From positions 25,358,001 through 25,422,000 of the forward strand of contig OX638162.1 of assembly GCA_951804945.1 (NCBI GenBank): a DNA stretch of 64,000 nt, read 5' to 3'. This DNA is from Podarcis cretensis. Lineage: Eukaryota. Under the pieces are notes generated by a model, which made no database searches, had not been told where the DNA came from, and saw only the letters and a program-made list of their open reading frames with translations. A program made the position numbers and the translations under genes. Shown here one piece after another: positions 60,321-64,000 of this stretch (positions are counted from its first letter, which is position 1; each line of letters opens with the position of its first letter).

Positions 60321-63054
60321 AAGGCATACAGAGGTAAATGTAAGTCACTTTGAGTTGCCTTTGGCAAGAAAAAGCGACTAATAAATTTGTTGTTGTTTTG
60401 TTGATAGACACTGGGGCATGGACAGAAAGTGTTATCAAGCCAATATCTGTCAAACTATACCTTTTGGCACCAGTATTAGATTGATATGTTAAAGTGTTTT
60501 AGGCCTTTTAGAAAAGCATGAAAAATCCTGAGATGTGGGGTGTAAAGCTTGCCAAGCATCCCCAAAGTCCCAGTTTTCGAATAAGCTTGTACTGTTTCTG
60601 GAGTTCAAAGGCTTTATTCATGCAGGAACTATGTACAGAGTGAGTGCAGATCAGAGAGCGAAAGCAGCAGACATATTGTCTGGAGAGAACAACAAAGTGG
60701 CTCAGCTTTTTGAGGTGGATTTAACTGAGACACACAGAGGCTCAAGCAGAGTCATCATGTGGTTTAAAGTAACACATGCATTAACTAGAAGCTCAAGAGA
60801 AGGAAATGTATTTGCTTTTCTCCAACATAGACTACATAGCAGTGGGTCTGACTTCTCACTTGGCAAAACATTCAGCAAGTTGGTCACCACCAAATAGAAT
60901 GTCCTAGCCCTAACTGCTGCCAGCCATGGTCCAGGGGCATAGACCAGGGTTGTCAAGATGATGTTCGGAGCCATTACAGAAAATCTCTTTCTCTCTCCCA
61001 CTCTCTCATACACAGTCACCCCTTGATGACTGCAGGTAACATCACATGGTGACCTGCTTATCTGTGATGGCTGACTAACAGCTCCCATCAGAGACAGAAC
61101 TTCTCTAATTGGCTCAAATGCAATGCCTCAGGAAATTTCCACATTAACTTGCCCAGTCATCAAGCATAGAACAAATCAAGCAATGTTTATGCATGTGTGG
61201 ACCACCTCTAGATAAAACGATACCTGCGGAAAAGCTCAGAAAAGAGACTAGCCTTTTTAAACAATTGTTGCTTGACAAACCTTTATCAAAATGTCTTAAT
61301 CAGGAGAATTGTGTGTGCACTCTCTCTCCCAGACACAAGCACATAGCGTGCTGAATTTTTTCTTGTAAACTAAGCATCCATGCCTTCTGCAATCCCACAC
61401 ACAGATCCATTTATTTCTGTACAATCATGACATTCCACTGGAAATACACATCTTGACTTTCCTTGTACCAAGCTAAGAACTCCCACTTTTTTAAAAAAAA
61501 GAGAGAGAGAGATTTCATAAATCCAGCTGCAGAGGGGTTTTTTCTTTTTCTTTTTAAGGTTTTGTCTCACAGGACAAAAAAACCAAAAGCCTGCCCGTTC
61601 CCATGGACATACTTCAAAGTCCCCACTGATCGTTTTCTCCCTAAAAGCAGCAAACTATTTGAAATCCCATTTTCTTTTGCTCTAGCCTTCCCCCCCCCCG
61701 CACCCTTCTACTCCCCCTTGTTAAAAGGAAATGGGGGAAATGTCCCCAAAGGATCAAAGGGCAAGCCTACAATCTGCCAATTGCCAAAGAAAAACAGCCC
61801 CGCTTCCGTGAAATATGCTCTAAAATAATTTTGCGGCTTGGTATGTCCTAATTCCGCTCTTCCCCGCTCCCCCCTCGCAATTGGATGTTTGTCTTGGAAA
61901 GGCTTCTTTCTAACTTGTCCATAAAAACAGGCCCACTTAGGTTCTGTGAGGCCTGCGAAAACGGAATCCGAGGCTGGCCATTAAAAGGGGCTGGGAGATT
62001 GCTTCCATATGGCAGAACAGCATGAGAGAGGAGAGGCCAAGGCCCTCCAGCAGGCTGCACTTGGCTGGGACCTCCTGCTCTATCCGTGGACACTCGTTGC
62101 GTTACAGCAGAACATCTGGATTATTGCTTGCAATGTCCCTGGGAAATATCCACATCCCATCAAAGCCCTTTATCTCTCTCCACCGTACTTTGAACATTTT
62201 AGCGCAAAGCACAGCCCTGTTTGATGTGCGAAGCTCACTGTGTTTAAAATCCAAAGTGAGGCCCCCCTCCCCTCCAAACCTAGCCTGTTTTCCCCTCACC
62301 TTTTTCTCTTCCCCTTTTTCTTTATACTTTTCTTAGGATGGGAGAGGATAGCTGAAACTCACTCCCAGAGAGGCAAAACAACACACACACACACACAGAG
62401 AGACACTAATGTTGTGTCATTTCTTGAAGTAATTTCCTTGTCAGTGAAATCCAGACTCAGAGAACAGGGGAGTGTGAGGGAAAAGAGGGAAGAAGGGGTT
62501 TCATTTAAAAAATAAAAAATTTGACCTCTGATTTGGAGATCATATTGGAGGAACACTGGAGTTCTTCGAGTGCAATTTCATTTTCAACTTGCTCTCCCTC
62601 CTGAACACACTCACACAACATATAAAGTCATATTTGTGCATACTTGCATTTAGGCTGTGTACAGAACATGAATCTAAAGCATATTTAAATGACATTTTGC
62701 CTCCTAAGAATTCTGGGAACTGTAGCTTACTCTTCACAGAGCTATAATTCCCAAGAAGTCAGCAGCCACCAGTTCTAAATAGCTGCTCTCAAGTCTATGG
62801 GAGCTCACAACAAAAAGTTGCAAACAGGGCTAGTAAACAAGGGTGTTTGAGAGAGACTGAGCAGGAGAGTTTAAGGTTGAGGCCCAGAGTGCTGTGTTTC
62901 CACATATGTAGGATCAAGAGACAGGCACAGCAAGGCAGCAGGAGCAGCGGTGAACAACGCCTATGCCTTGTTCATTTACCTGCTTGATGCATGAAGCTAC
63001 ACCTGCAGCAAGTGTAAGGTGGATGCCCTGCTGAAAGAGAAGGTACAGCAGCCA

Positions 63055-64000
63055 GACTAATCTTACAAGTCTGGTGGATCAGGGGAATGCTGTGGATGTA
63101 ACGTATCCAGATTTTAGTATGGCTTTTTGACAAAGTCCCCCATGATTTTCTTGCAGTAAGGCTGGTAAAATGTGGGCTGGTCAATGTTACTGTTAAGTGC
63201 ATTTGTAGCTGGTTGACTGACCCAACTCAAAGACTGCCTACTAATAGTTCCTTGTCATCCCTCAAAAAAAAATGACAAGTGGGGTGTCATGGAGTTCTGT
63301 TCTAGACCTGGAGGTGCTGAATATCTTTATAAATGATTTGGATTACGGAATTGAGGGGATGCTAATAGACTTTGCAGATGACACCAAACTGGGAGGGGTA
63401 GCTAACACCTCAGAAGGTTGAATCAGGCTTCAACATAACCTTAACAAAATGAATTTCAGTAGGGACAAATGTAAAGTTCTGCACTTAGACAGATACACAG
63501 TTATGGGATGTGGGGATACCTGACTTCATAGCAGTACATGTGAAAAGGATCTTAGTAAATCACAAGCTTGACATGTCAATAGTGTGATGCAGCAGCAAAA
63601 AAAAAAAAACTAATGCTATTCTAGGATGCATCAACAGAAGTATAATGTCCAGATCGAGGGATGTCATAGTATTGCTCTAGTCTACCTTGGTCAGACCCCA
63701 CCTGGAATACTGTGTCTAGTTCTGGGAACCACAGTTTAAGGGTACAGTATTGACAAGCTGGAATGGGTGCAGAGAACACCGACCCAAATTATAATGCGTC
63801 GGAAACCTAGTCTGATTAGGAACAGTTCAGAGAGTTGGGTGTGTTTAGCTTGGATAAAAAAATATGGAGAGGTGAGATGATAGCTATCTTCAGATATCTA
63901 AAGGGCTGTCACATGGATGATGGAGCAAGCTTGCTTTCTCCTGTTCCAGAGGGGAGCACCCAAACCAGGGGATTCAAATTACAATAAAGGAGATTCCACC
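63055..64000 (+). mobile_element. degenerate CR1 LINE RT/3' ORF2 fragment running off the window
   Basis: Remnants of LVDQGNAVDV, FDKVPH, IFINDLD.GIEGML..FADDTKLGGVA, DKCKVLHL, LVRPHLEYCV and RGEMIAIFRYLKGCH. Confidence 0.92.

Overview
This is vertebrate genomic DNA, very probably from a lacertid lizard, judged from the Sauria SINEs, Squam3-like SINEs, Bov-B, CR1 and L2 content. The whole window lies inside one minus-strand gene, MCTP2 (multiple C2 and transmembrane domain protein 2). Twelve consecutive internal coding exons (1,355 nt, all GT-AG, in frame) were read by hand between 59252 and 379. They encode the C2B and C2C domains, the first membrane segment and the start of the C-terminal region; both ends of the gene lie outside the window. 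The rest is intronic and dense in mobile elements: SINEs, CR1/L2/L1/Bov-B fragments, hAT and Tc1/pogo MITEs, and three solo LTRs with 5-bp target-site duplications (TSDs). Most ORF-track entries are spurious. The best second-look items are: (1) a Penelope-like insertion carrying two inverted minimal hammerhead-ribozyme motifs, one of them sense to the MCTP2 pre-mRNA; (2) a Bov-B LINE and a Sauria SINE inserted within 3 bp of the same site in two copies of a CR1 repeat; (3) a tRNA-Lys/CR1-tail mini-SINE; (4) a MITE family with exchanged palindromic interiors; (5) inverted SINE pairs flanking exons; (6) homeodomain-motif-rich candidate enhancers. No new protein-coding system is supported. Repeat family names and human MCTP2 comparisons come from recalled sequences, not database searches.
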